Origin: Welwitschia mirabilis
Lineage: Eukaryota
DNA: 33,686 nucleotides
Direction of reading: 5' to 3'
NCBI GenBank assembly: GCA_051453625.1
Contig: JBOZIK010000001.1
Coordinates: 13,495,966-13,529,651, forward strand
The notes below the pieces were generated by a model, which was given only the letters and a program-made list of their open reading frames with translations, was not told the DNA's origin and searched no databases. Shown piece after piece: positions 11,858-23,501 of the stretch (the first letter of the stretch is position 1; every line of letters begins with the position of its first letter). The position numbers were made by a program, and so were the translations under genes.

Positions 11858-12420
11858 TGTAACATCACAAATAAAAGTAAATAAAATAACAAGAACACAA
11901 ATAACAGCAGATTTTACATTGAAAAAGAAAATAAACTGCCGGCATAACACACTCTATAGTAATTTTGAAGTTTTCAGAAAATGCTGATATTGACAGAAAA
12001 TGTTGATCTTACAGTTTCCCCTCTCTGGAGGCGCCCTGAGATGCTGCACGCACACACAGAACAGAGATAGAACTGTTGAATTGAGTTAGCTGCTTGGATG
12101 CTGGAGAGTTGGAATGAACCTAACGGCATGATTGTTGCTGCTAGTATTGTTGTTGGTTCAAGGTGAAGCATGTATCGGGTGAAGCATGTATGGAATGCTT
12201 TGTTGTTGCTAAAACACCATTGGATGGGCTATGTTGTGCTGTAACCCTAAAGTCATACTTATGGTGCTGGGACTCTGTGCAGACTGGCGTCATACTTATG
12301 GTGCTGGGACTCTGTGCAGTGTGGCCTAGTAGTAGAGGAGTGCCATGTGCGCAGAGAGGCGAACACTAGAATGAGTTGAGGATGCTAATTGCTAAGACTG
12401 TTGATGCTTCAATGCATTAA
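11858..12420 (-). mobile_element. Probable copia-type LTR remnant
   Basis: Starts at TGTAAC on the plus strand, followed by an A-rich tract and an ACAGCAGATTTTACATTGAAAA motif resembling reversed copia U5 ends; internal 16-bp (12162-12193) and 37-bp (12252-12325) tandem duplications. Right boundary uncertain. Confidence 0.4.
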
Positions 12421-12719
12421 GCAAAGCATGCAATATAAAATTGAAAATGTTGGGAAGAAAGGGAACTGTGACGAATGGCCAATATAATGAAGAATGGGAT
12501 AGTAGTTGACAAGGAATTATGGGGGATGATATATAAAAGGATAAGACAAAACATGTAATATTAGATGGAGAATATTTCTATATAGCATGAAATGATTCAG
12601 ATAGAGATTGAAACAGGGAAATAGAATAGAGTTGAAAAGAAAGAGCTAAAGAAAGGAATTAGAGAGAAAGCAGACTGATAGAAGGGAATAAATAGTTTAG
12701 TATTTCACAAGTTGAATGT

Positions 12720-13771
12720 CAACAGGCTCTTGAAGAAGTGCCCATCAAGAGATTTCAATTTGAATGCCTATTTGTGATATTTGACATGGATGATATAAGG
12801 TCCAATCCAAGTGGATGCAAATTCGGATGCAAGGGAAGAAGGATTTTGACTAAGGATAAGCATGCCAATGTTTTGGTCATGGGTTTGGGTGTATTTGTTG
12901 GAGGTTTTAGAGATGTTGGATTGGCAACAAGAAATACAGGAGACGACGATTAGGCCATAGCATTCATGAAGACTAGGCTCATGAAGCTTGGTGTCTTTGT
13001 CAAGTAGGGTCTCAAGAAGAAGGAATTGCAACATGATGCAATACAAGGGGATAGAGAGCTCACTTAACAATACAACTTTTGCACCAAAGGTGAGAGAAAA
13101 AGTAGTTTCACCAATGGTAGTCTGTTGAGGGGTGAGGTACACTCAAAGAAAATAGGGAGCCTTTTCATGCCATGATTTTGGATTGCACTTGACCATCTTC
13201 TCAAAAAATAAAATGATGTTTTATTTCATGCTTTAGCTTGGCCATTGGTCAAGGTAAGATAGAGAGTAAAAAGGGAATGTCAAATGTTATATTGGCAACA
13301 AATTTGGGATAATTCTTTCGATCGAAAGTGGAGCCATTGTCAACAATAATTTTTTGAGGAAATGGAAAAGAATATGATATAGGATGAAATTGGCAATAAT
13401 TTTATCAATAGGGGAACAAAGGAAATTGTGCCCCTTTTGAAAGCACAAGGGCCAAGTGACAAAAGACTGGACCAGAAGAGGGAGGAGATGTTCTTCCATT
13501 GGATGTTCTAGGGCCTCCACCTTCAACTCAACGAGGAACTAGTGGAGAGGAGACAACCCTAGAGCACAGTAGGAAAGGCACTGGGGATAAAGAATAAGGT
13601 ATTGACTAAAGTCGGTAGTTGTGACTTGTTGTCATGTGTTAGTCATGTGTCTCCTTGATAAGGTTTTTGATTTTCGTTGCACATATAAAGAGCAGAAAGT
13701 TCATCCACACGGGAAAAGAAGTGGTGGACTTTTCCCCAATCCAACTCCCTAGGCACCAGGGCAAGTAACAA
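12720..13771 (-). pseudogene. Tat/Ogre-like Ty3/gypsy integrase remnant
   Basis: EHLLPLLVQSFVTWPL; TNGQAKA; KMVKCNPKSWHEKAPYFL; YLTPQQTTIGETTFSLTFGAKVVLLSELSIP; SEFASTWIGPYIIH (GPY/F motif). Stops and deletions throughout. Confidence 0.85.
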
Positions 13772-14046
13772 CATAGTTTTAAAATGCGGAGCAGAATCGC
13801 GATTCCGGCGATCCAGAATCGCGATTCCAGAAAAAACGCTCCAATTCACCCTGAAATCACTTTTTTCCGGGAATCGCGATTCCGGCCGGCGATTCCAATT
13901 CCCAATTCCGTTGCGATTCTGGCGATTCCGGCGCGATTCTGGCNNNNNNNNNNNNNNNNNNNNNNNNNNNNNNNNNNNNNNNNNNNNNNNNNNNNNNNNN
14001 NNNNNNNNNNNNNNNNNNNNNNNNNNNNNNNNNNNNNNNNNNNGCA

Positions 14047-14425
14047 ATCTCATGTTCTCGAATCGTGGCTACAATCATGTCTATTAGGTGTCCACAGGAA
14101 TCGGGGCGACGCTATATGTGTATGGTGTCATAAAACTCCCTGGTCTCAAATATGTAATATGTCCCCTACGCGTTTAGAATCCACTGGAGCTGTAAATCTG
14201 TGAGCCTTTGATCTACCTCTGGCTCCAACCGGCTCATAAAATCCCCGAAATGTCTCTCAACACGGATTGCAGTAGTCTGAATAGTAAGAGACCTCGCGTG
14301 TTGAGAAGGGGATGCACAGGCTTTGCATGCTCTACCTCCGGTGGTACTAATGGGCCTGCCACATGCTCAACAGCTTTGGCCTCCGTTTCAGCCTGTCTAG
14401 CTCTACGTGTGCGTGGCCTACTCAC
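14047..14425 (-). pseudogene. Fragment of a retrotransposon accessory ORF (putative plant transposon protein / Transposase_32-like)
   Basis: After one frameshift it reads AIRVERHFGDFMSRLEPEVDQRLTDLQLQWILNA*GTYYIFETREFYDTIHI*...IVATIREHEI, matching the ER...W...Y...REFY...IRG pattern typical of these ORFs. Recognised by eye. Confidence 0.55.
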
Positions 14426-15373
14426 TCATAAATACTCAATAAGTCTCGGGAGATCTGGTGGACATAACTAAAATACGTCACGTGGATGCTCAAAACGATC
14501 CCAAAAATCGATTAAAATTGTGAAAAAACTTATGAAAATATGTCTTGCCCCCTCTTAAAAGTGTCAATATGCACTGTATTGCATAGTTGTGTGAAAAGAA
14601 CGTGAAATGCGTGAAAAGTTTGAAAATTGTATTTTAGGTGGGTCTAGATTAGGTGAAAAATGAAAGTGCTCAAATGAAAAATTTAATCCACTAGAAATGT
14701 AAAACACATCGTACTGATCAATTTACCCTAAAGGAACATTATGTTTTGCCTTATGGTTTGTGAGAAAATGAGTTTTATAGTTAAAAGCCTAATTTTATCT
14801 TGTAAAATGCACAATTCGTTTTAACTTTCAAAATACGTGGCGAAAATCAAATTCGTAAGTTCCTAATCGAAGAGCTTGGAAATTTGAACAACATACGTGG
14901 AAACTACATGTCGAAAGGTTGAAAAACAGGGGAAAAAATGAAAAAAATGAGGGAAAGAAAACACACCTCATTTTTAAACATTTGCAAAAATCTAGGAATC
15001 TGGTAGTGAATTCGGTAAGGAGAAGCTCCAACACGTCAACAGGGACCAGGGGCACTGTATTCTCTTAAGAGAACGGGCGGAAACGACAGAAAATGGAAGA
15101 AACATGAGGAAAAAGAAACAACCCGCGGTTTTATCCCACTATCATCCGGTTGCGTTCCCATTGTGGTCTGGACGACAAGGTGGACGATGGGACTCGGAAA
15201 AAGTTCTCAAAAATAAAAATGTCAGCATGAAGGTAGCAGAATTATCAGAAGGCTTGGAAAGAGAAGGAATGATGAAGAGTTGTGACAAATCATGATGAAG
15301 AGAAAAACTCAAAATAAATGGGAAAAAGGCTAATGAAAAGATACTAAGTAGGTTAAAACGTGACAAAGAAGAC

Positions 15374-15812
15374 CATACTTTTAAAATGCGGAGCGGAATC
15401 GTGATTCCAGAAAAAACGCTCCGATTCACTCCGGAATCGCTTTTTCTAGGAATCGTGATTTTGGTGATTCTGGTGATTGGGATTCCCGCGATTCCGTCGC
15501 GATTCCGGTGATTCTAGCGCGATTTTGTCATGATTCCGGCGATTCCCTCGCGATTCCGTGAACAAATACTTGGTTAAAAATATTATCCCTCTCATTTTGA
15601 AAGGTTAAAAACTTCTCTATGTTGTTTTAAGTCTTATTTGTCATTAAAAATGCAATAAAAATGTTGAAAACCATTTAAAATATTATATTTATACTTATTT
15701 TTGAACTCCGCGATTCCGGGCGATTCCGAGTCACGATTCCGACGATTCTCGTGATTTACATCTTTTCAGGGAAAAAAACGATTCCGTTGCAATTCCGCAT
15801 TTTTAAAGTATG
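15374..15812 (+). mobile_element. Complete ~440-bp hAT MITE unit forming the right arm of the composite element
   Basis: A second left TIR CATACTTTTAAAATGCGGAG at 15374 in the same orientation as 13772. Its left flank (AAGAAGAC) does not match the right-hand TSD. Confidence 0.85.
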
Positions 15813-15986
15813 AGTAACAGACATCAAAACTTAGATATTTTGATAGGTTTATTGTTAAAGAATATGCTTGATGTGGTGCATCCATTAACTCGTAAGATTT
15901 GGCATATGAATTTAATTTGGCTCTGATTGTGCCTATTTTCTGGTTTAAAGATCCTAATTTCATACTTGTGTTCTACAGCAGAAAGC

Positions 15987-16070
15987 CTGCAATGGCTTGA
16001 GGACATAAGTCCTATTGAACTTGCCCTTCTGCAATGGCTTGAGGACATAAGTCCTATTGAACTTGCCCTT
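15987..16070. repeat. Perfect 42-bp tandem duplication
   Basis: CTGCAATGGCTTGAGGACATAAGTCCTATTGAACTTGCCCTT x2. Confidence 0.95.
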
Positions 16071-17554
16071 GGTTTTCATCCAGTTGTAAGGGATGGCTTA
16101 GAAAAGGAGGTCAAAGCAAAGGACAAGGTAGAACAAGTGGTAGCAATTAAGTTGTAGAAATTAAGTTGCATGAATTGCTTGCTCAAGTAACTTCTATGTT
16201 ACTCTCAACTCAAAATGAAAATCACTAGCTAAAAGATAGGGTGGACGACTAGAAAAACATCATTGTCCCTCTAAAGCATCAACTCACAAGGAAGCAAGAT
16301 TACCTTCCCAAGGCTATCAATCACAAAAGGGCTATGCATCTAATGTGTCATGGAGCTAAGCTAGCCAAGATTGAATCAAATAAAACTTTGGTTATCAAAA
16401 GCCTACACAAATAAATTGACAAAGAAATTATGTGCTACAAATTGGTAATCTGATGAGCAGAAGGAAGGTAAACTATAAGGTGAATATGTAAGAATATGAA
16501 AGGATAATTGAGGAGTACAATTATCCAGGACTACTTACCCTAGTTGTAAAGTCATAGACATTTGAACTCCAAGGTCCAGAGTTCAAGCCCATGTGTTCGT
16601 GGTGGGGCACAAATGAAAGTTTGCATACCCACGTGCTGTTGGGGTTTGTGCGACAGAACCTGCCTACCTAGATTACCCTCGAGAGGGGGAAATGTTAAGG
16701 AGTACAATTCAGAAATGTGCAAGATGGCAGCCTTTCTTGAAGAGAATGGGATAAAGGAGGACTATGAAGAAAAAGGGGAGCTATTACATAGCTATCATAT
16801 ATGGAGAGTAAGCCCTCACAATGCCCACTGAAACAACTATCAAGATAGGGTCCAGCTTTCACTTGCGAAGTGTAGGCGACAATAGGACTATAACAAATGA
16901 TAGCCCAAGTGGAACAAGGGATTCGTCCAACCAGGGTACAGAGGAAGTTGGGCCTTCCTACATATCTGATGATGCTCAAGCTTTTAGAAAGGATGCTTCA
17001 GTGGACTAACATACCCTATCTTTGTTATAGCACTATCAAGATTTTTTTTTAAATTCCTTCCTTTTTTTGCTTTTTTTCCTCTTTTCTTTTTTTTTTCCTT
17101 TTTTAAAGCAACCTACCTAGCCTACAAGCAAAGCCATAGGCACATTTTTGTATGGATGAGAAATGTAAAGATCTTGATGATGTAATGAAGGGTATCGCTT
17201 TTGTTTGTGGAAAATACTTTTTGTTTTGCTTTTTTTTGGTTTTGAAATAATAGATAATTATTTAAAAAACTACTTGATTGATTGGCAAACTTATTAACCA
17301 AGTAGTGAGCTAGTGTTAATTGACTAGTCTGATGATGAAGGCCCTAGAGTGTTAGCATTGTTTTGATTTGCGTCATCATATGACAATTCGTATTTGCCAA
17401 ATTCTAAGGATGTCCAGAGTAGAGGCATTGAAGACTTTGTCATGATATTGTTATTTGAATCATCAAAAGGTAGGTGTGAGTCCATAGGTTTGGGTTTTGA
17501 AGCATCAAGTAAAAGGAAGATTGGAGGGCCAAAGTCACACAAAGTTATGCCAAT

Positions 17555-17920
17555 TCAATTGCTTGGTGGTTGACTACCACTGGCCTTAACATAGGCATAA
17601 GGGTAAGGGTTTGTGTTAACTATTGCAAGTTTACGATTGACCATGACCTTCATTTGTTTGTGCAAGACAAAGTCTATTGCGCCATGTTGTGCTAACCAAA
17701 GATGTCCTAAGATAATGTTTGCAGTCATGTTGCCCACTACTATAGCTAGATGGGTCTGGGCCTTAAGTGGCCCAACCTTCAATGGGATGTCAACGTCTGC
17801 AACACTCATTGATAGGTTTCCATTAAAGGTTTGCAAGATAGGGATGTGTGGTGAGTTAATTTCATGTTCAAGACCAAACAATTTAAACATATTGATACTA
17901 GTTTTTCCACAAACATGGAT
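17555..17920 (-). pseudogene. Tat/Ogre-like aspartic protease remnant
   Basis: ILQTFNGNLSMSVADVDIPLKVGP...ANIILGHLWLAQHGAIDFVLHKQMKV matches the NxLLGRPWIH...GAVPSTLHQKLK signature. Confidence 0.85.
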
Positions 17921-19680
17921 ACTAATCTCTTGATATAAAGAGGCAAGTAGAATGCCTGAGATGCCTTTGTCCAATAGTTGATGAAGTCAAAGACTGATTT
18001 GTTGTTCCCTTGGGTAGGTTTCATGAAGGTCAACACAACCATTGCACTAGACTCTAAAATGTGCTAACCCATTTAGCTTCTTCAAACCAAGCACTTTGAT
18101 ACCTTCTAGCAGATGAGGTATGGGTATCCTACAATGAGTGGGTCCCTAGTTAATGAGTCTATGTCACCCAGTAAGTGATCTAGTTGTTCAAAGCAAGGTG
18201 CTTGAACTTCTCCTTGCAATTGTTGGATGATGTTGAGTAAGTCAAGATTAGTTTGAAACTGTCCAATGCGTTAAACCATGAGGGGTGAGATTGTGAGAGT
18301 GCATGTGTGAAGACTAAAGAGTGAAGATTGAAGACTGTGAGAGTGCCGCTTGCATCACTGGAAAGGAGGATCAAGATTCAGGAATGTGAAGTTCACTTTG
18401 CGACAATCTCTATGCTTCTTACTTCTTAAGCGGAGTCGCGCTGGCACAAGAATTGTGAACAGTTGCACGCGATGTGGATTTTAAGCTTTCTTTTATATTT
18501 TCAATTACGCAGCGACTAGTCACCAACAATCGTCTGTGAGCCAACTGTCACCTCAAAAGACGTCTTTTCAGGATTTTGGAGTCTTGGTGACTAGGCGCTA
18601 CTTGTTTAATCACTACCCCCAAGATTGTATGGAATGAGATTTTGGATAGCACCGATTGGGGGTTAAGATTGGTTATCCCTATGGCGGTTTTGGTTCCTCC
18701 TATGATGCCTACATTGACATCTAGATTGATAACCTTCATCATCATCAAATCTCTCTGATGATGAGGGAGGTAGAAGAGGTCTTCTAGGAGGCTTCTAGTT
18801 TTGGTTTTGGTAATGCCCTTTTTTTTTCTCTCTCTAGTTGCAAATATGTTGACCTTACTGTTGTTGAAGAGACACACTAAGTTGAGCATCTTCAAGGGAT
18901 TGATGTCCTTGCTCATCATAGGATGGTAGGACCTCTCTCTCATAAAGATTTGTGCTTTGATATAGTGTATTATTTCACCGCTAAGGAATCCCAAGACAGT
19001 CTTCCTTGACATTGTCACAGTCTTTTATTGCGGTTTCTAGTTCTAGGTGGATGTTCCTAGGTTATCGCTCAAGTCCTTGAAAATGTGTTTCAAGGTCACT
19101 AGGTGTCAAGGAGTTGTTTGTTTCTTTACAATGGTAGATCTTCAAAGGGCTCTGATTTGTGTTTGTGTCACTTTCTTGGCTTGAAGTTCGAGCACCATCA
19201 AATAGGCGCTTACCTTAGGGACATGCTAAAGACCAAAGGGTTTTGAGTGGGACTCTAGAGAGAATCTCATGGGGATTCTAGCTCAAAGCATGTGCTAGAT
19301 GATCATGTAGGGCTTGTTCGGGCTTGGTCTTTTGGTTGCCATGAGTTCTTTATCAGCTTCATTTTCCACTTCCTCATAATAGGTGGTGTTAGACCCTTGA
19401 TTGTTATTTTGTGGGGTAGGCCTAATGGTTCTTCTATCACAAGTATTTGATCTTCAGATCATGTGAACTAAACTTTCAATGGGCTGGTAGTTGGATTGTT
19501 AGGGTTGAATGGATTGAGCCCATGGTCCATATCATAATAGGCCATTGGCTCATGTGCAATGCAAATTATGTCTATTTTCATTAATGATTCAGCACAAAGA
19601 TGCAGGTGTTCTTTTGCATCAATAAAAGTGAAGGTATTGGTGGCAATATATGAATTGGTACTAACTGAGGCAACAATCAT
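17921..19680 (-). pseudogene. Tat/Ogre-like gag remnant
   Basis: TQGNNKSVFDFINYWTK and LVFTHALSQSHPSWFNAL (Retrotrans_gag-like). The N-terminal part (18600-19650) is colinear with 21690-22680. Confidence 0.7.
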
Positions 19681-19724
19681 AAGCTTAGGAGGGAGAGTAT
19701 GATGATGGTTTGGAATAGTTGTGT

Positions 19725-20200
19725 TTAGATGATATTAGGCCCGAAGATAGAGGGTGAGATATCAAGCCTAATGTTAGAGCTAGTGATATCAAGCCTACAA
19801 ACAAGACTTGAAGATATTGAGCCCAACTAAGAGATAGAAGATATCAAGCCCATGTTTGGAATAAGAAATATCAAGTCTGAACATATCAGGTTTGGAAATA
19901 AGATAGTGGATATCAGGTTGTGAGATTTTAGGCCAAGAAGTAAAGCCAGAGATATCAGGTCTTGAGATATCAAGCTTAAAGATACAATGCCCAATGATAG
20001 CATGCCCACAGATATAATGCCTTCAGACAAGCTGAGAGATATCAAGCCAACAGATAGGACGTCCAAGCTCTTACTCTCAAGGATGAGAAGAGAGGTCTCA
20101 GGCCCATGGTCATATTTTGAGATATTAGGCCTAAGATTAAGGTTTTAAGATATCATGCCCGAGATATCACGCCCAAGACATGAGGTTTGAGATATGATGC
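19725..20200. repeat. Array of GAGATATCA(A/G)GCC motifs in the 5' leader of element A
   Basis: Motif variants recur roughly every 15-30 bp, e.g. GAGATATCAAGCCT, GAAGATATCAAGCCC, GAGATATCAGGTCT, GAGATATCACGCCC. Confidence 0.85.
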
Positions 20201-21042
20201 CATAAATAGACTTTTCTAACAATTTGCTTAAAATTGGAAAAACAATGTTTCAACACATAATGCTAAAAGTTCTGATCCATCAGATGATTTTCAACACACA
20301 AAAAATGACAGAACCGGAAGGCAAGCTTTGAATTCAAAACATTGTAACAATTGAAACCAAAGGGGGCCTCCTTCTTGCATCAAATCTATCAGGTTGAAAC
20401 CTCAGCCCCTACGAGATCAACCCTACCTAAGGTTTAATACAATAGGTAATAATGAGAATAGACAATGAAAATTGTGGTTTCACTTTGTTTAGTTTCAAAA
20501 GGGCACAACATTTGGGATTTTATGCCAGCTCAAACACAAATAACGGTGAATGTAAATGGAATGCAACAGAAACAGGAAATATAACAAGAATAAAACAGCT
20601 GAAATAGATTATAAAATGGAATTAAATGCTGATAGTTGAGACTTACAAGAACTTTTAAACTCCAAAAAATGTAGACAGACAGACACTGCACATATAATCG
20701 GAACGCGACAATAAATTCTAGAAAAACAGCAATCAGAGCAACTCTTTTATTGAAAACTTTCTATTAGAAAGGGCCCATACGTGCCCAGAAACATTCTGAA
20801 GTGCTTTCCGGGTGGCCCAAGATTAGAGTTCAAGATATCAGGCCTAAGAAGTGACATTGGAGATATGACACCACAAAGAGATTTTTTTTTTTAAACATTT
20901 GATTAAAATTGCAGAAACAACATTTCTGCTTGTCAAAATAATTCATGCAACAAGTAAAATATGATTTTCAATGTACAGAAAATGACAAAAAAGGAAGGTA
21001 GACTTTAAATTTAAAACACTGTAACAGCTAAAACCAAAAAGG

Positions 21043-21059
21043 CCCTCCTTCTAGCACCA
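21043..21059 (-). promoter_or_regulatory. PBS of Tat-like element A (further copies at 20366-20382 and 23437-23453)
   Basis: Minus strand TGGTGCTAGAAGGAGGG, 4 nt from the LTR end; resembles the TGGCGCTAGAAGGAGGG PBS I recall from Tat/Retand elements. The cognate tRNA is not determined. Confidence 0.7.
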
Positions 21060-22764
21060 AATCTATAAGGGTGAAACTTCAGCCTGTACAAGATCAACCC
21101 TACTTAGGATTTAATAGAACCAGTAAGAACAGGAATAGAACAGGATCGTAGATGTGGTTTGGGAAGAGATTGAGAACATTAGATGTTGGACAGGATGAGA
21201 TAATGAGAGTTTGGTTCTCTTTCCTAAATAGGATGTAGTGAAGGATATGGTAAAAGATTGCTCTGGTGATCTTCTGTTTTGAGGTTTAACATTCTAATTG
21301 TAATGATTGACACCAAAATTAGCATTTTATTGCCTTCTAAAACCAATCTAGGGTTTTCACCCTAACAAATGTCAAAACGTGGTTGGTACATTTTTTGGCT
21401 AAGATTTTTGCTAAGACTTTGAGATTTTATTTTATTTTCTTATATATTTAATTTTTGGAGGACATCACACACAAAGCATATCAAGGCTGTGGGCAAGCCC
21501 CAAGAAGATGTCCAGCCTAGGGAACAGTTTGGATGGGATAATGGGATTCTGGGACATGGTGGGACTTAAGGAACAAGAGAGGGGTCCATGGTCACTAAGG
21601 CGTGATTTCCGACACCACATTTATTTGGGAACATTAAATTTTGATGTTATAGGTTAGGATAAGCCTGAGGCTGGGTTGTTTGGGATAGCCAGTGGCATTG
21701 TATGGAATGAGATTTTGGTACCACCAATTTGGTGATAAGGTTAATATCTCTATGATGTTTTGTTTGCTCCTATGACATCTATATTGACATCTAGATTAAT
21801 AGGCCTCCTCATTATCAGAGTTGTCTGATGATGAGAGAGATGGAAAAGGTCCTCTTAGGGCCTTTGGTTTTAGTTCAGGTTATACTTGTTTCTGGTTTCT
21901 GCTTGGCTGTGGGTGTGTTGCCAATGATGTTGTCAAAGAGGCATGTTAGGTTGGCAGTCTTCAGGAACTTGCTGTCCTTGTTCATCATAGGGTTGTGGGA
22001 CCTCCCTCACGTTGATGTTTGTGTTTTGATATAGACTATTGTTTCTTTGTCAATGAATGCTACATAATCCTTTTTGGCATTGTCATGATCTTTTAGTAGG
22101 TTTTGGGGTCCTAGGTTAATGTTCGTAGGTTGTGGCTTAAGTCTCTGAAAAGGTGTTTCAAAGCTTGCAGGTCTCAAGGAATTGNNNNNNNNNNATGGGT
22201 TCTGTCTCATGTTTGTGTCATGTGCTTAGGTTGAAATGCTAGCACCATCAGATGGATGCTTGCCTTGGGCATCTGCTAAAGATCAAAGATTTTTGATGGG
22301 TGTCTGGATAAAATTTCATGACAGTTTTGGCTCAAAGCACGTGCTAGATCATACAAGGATTGTTCAGATTTTGTATGTTCATTAACACAAGCTAATTCAT
22401 CAGCTTGGTTTTCTACCTCTTCAGCATAGGTAATGTCAGATTCCCTATTGATATTTTCCAAGGTAGACCTAGTGGTTCTGCCATTACACACATTATTAAC
22501 CTCTCAACAAGCTTATGGTCGAACGTTGGTCCATTAGGGTTGTATGGATTGAGGTCATGATCCATCTCGTAAAGGGCCATTTGTTCATATGTGGTATCAC
22601 TTAGGTCAATTCCCATCCACAATTCAGTCCAAAGATGCAATTACTCTTCCACATCAATTGAAGTGACAATGCAAGAAGTAGGGTTTGGATTAATGCTAGC
22701 TGAGTTAGCCATCAGGAATAACGGTGGACAAAGAATATGATAGTAGTTCAAAGTTGTTTAAGGT

Positions 22765-23232
22765 TGAAATATCAAGTCTAACACACAAAATCAAAGATAT
22801 CAAGCCCAACATTGGAGCTAATGATATCAGGTCTGTAACAAAGCTTGGAAATAACAAGCCCAACTCAAAGGTGAAAGATATCAAGCTCACAACCAGGACA
22901 GGAGATATCAAATTTATACATATCAGGCCTACAGATCAGATGGTGGATACCAGGTCTTGAGATATGAGGCCAAAATTTAAAGCTGGAAATATCAGGCTGT
23001 GAGATATCAAGCCCAAAGATTTCAGGACTGGAGATATCATGCCTATGGAAAGGATAAGAGCTTTCAAGCTGAGAGATATCATGTCTAAGACAATACGCTC
23101 AAAAGCAGGTTGAGAGATATTAAAACAATGGATAGCAGGCCTTAGATGTATGCCTTAGAACAGGATGAGAGATATCAAGCCCAAAGCTAAAGTTAAGACG
23201 TTATGCCCAACAAGTGACATCAGGGATATCAT
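22765..23232. repeat. Array of GAGATATCA(A/G)GCC motifs in the 5' leader of element B
   Basis: Same motif array as 19725-20200. Confidence 0.85.
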
Positions 23233-23501
23233 GTAAGAATACATTTTCCTGACATTTGATTAAATTGCAGAAAATGGCATTTCAACTTATAATGCCACAA
23301 GCTCTTAACAATTATAACATCTGACAGAATAGATTCACGTGGGGAATAAACTATGATTTTCAGTTAACAAAAAATGACAAGAACAAAAGCAAAAATCTTG
23401 AATTCGAAATGTTGTAATGGCTCAAACAAAAGAAAGCCCTGTTGCTAGTACCAAATCTGTAAAGCTGAAAGATACGCCCCTAGGAGATCAACACTATTTA
23501 G

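Larger units (their letters stand above)
13772..15812 (+). mobile_element. hAT-family non-autonomous element, apparently composite, with 8-bp TSD
   Basis: Left TIR CATAGTTTTAAAATGCGGA; right end TCCGCATTTTTAAAGTATG; flanks AGTAACAA (13764-13771) and AGTAACAG (15813-15820); dense GCGATTCC/GGAATCGC subterminal repeats; contains a 100-N gap. Confidence 0.85.
16080..21651 (-). mobile_element. Tat/Ogre-like gypsy element A (LTR-PBS-5'UTR-gag-protease-3' region; no RT seen), 3' LTR missing
   Basis: LTR ~21064-21651 homologous to 23458-25814; PBS-like sites at 21043 and 20366; GATATC-rich leader; gag and protease fragments. Left boundary uncertain. Confidence 0.75.

Noticed and set aside
13772..13943. 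GCGATTCC and GATGTCCCCACT repeats as a CRISPR-like array
   Set aside because: Eukaryotic TE context, irregular spacing, mixed orientation and no cas genes; they are explained as hAT subterminal and SIRE LTR motifs.
18425..18560. AGCGGAGTCGC as a reversed Ogre-type PBS/LTR fragment inside gag
   Set aside because: Only a short partial match with no definable LTR boundaries.
19827..20066. Leu/Ile/Ser-rich 'membrane' ORFs here and at 22705-22960
   Set aside because: By-products of translating the GATATC repeat array.
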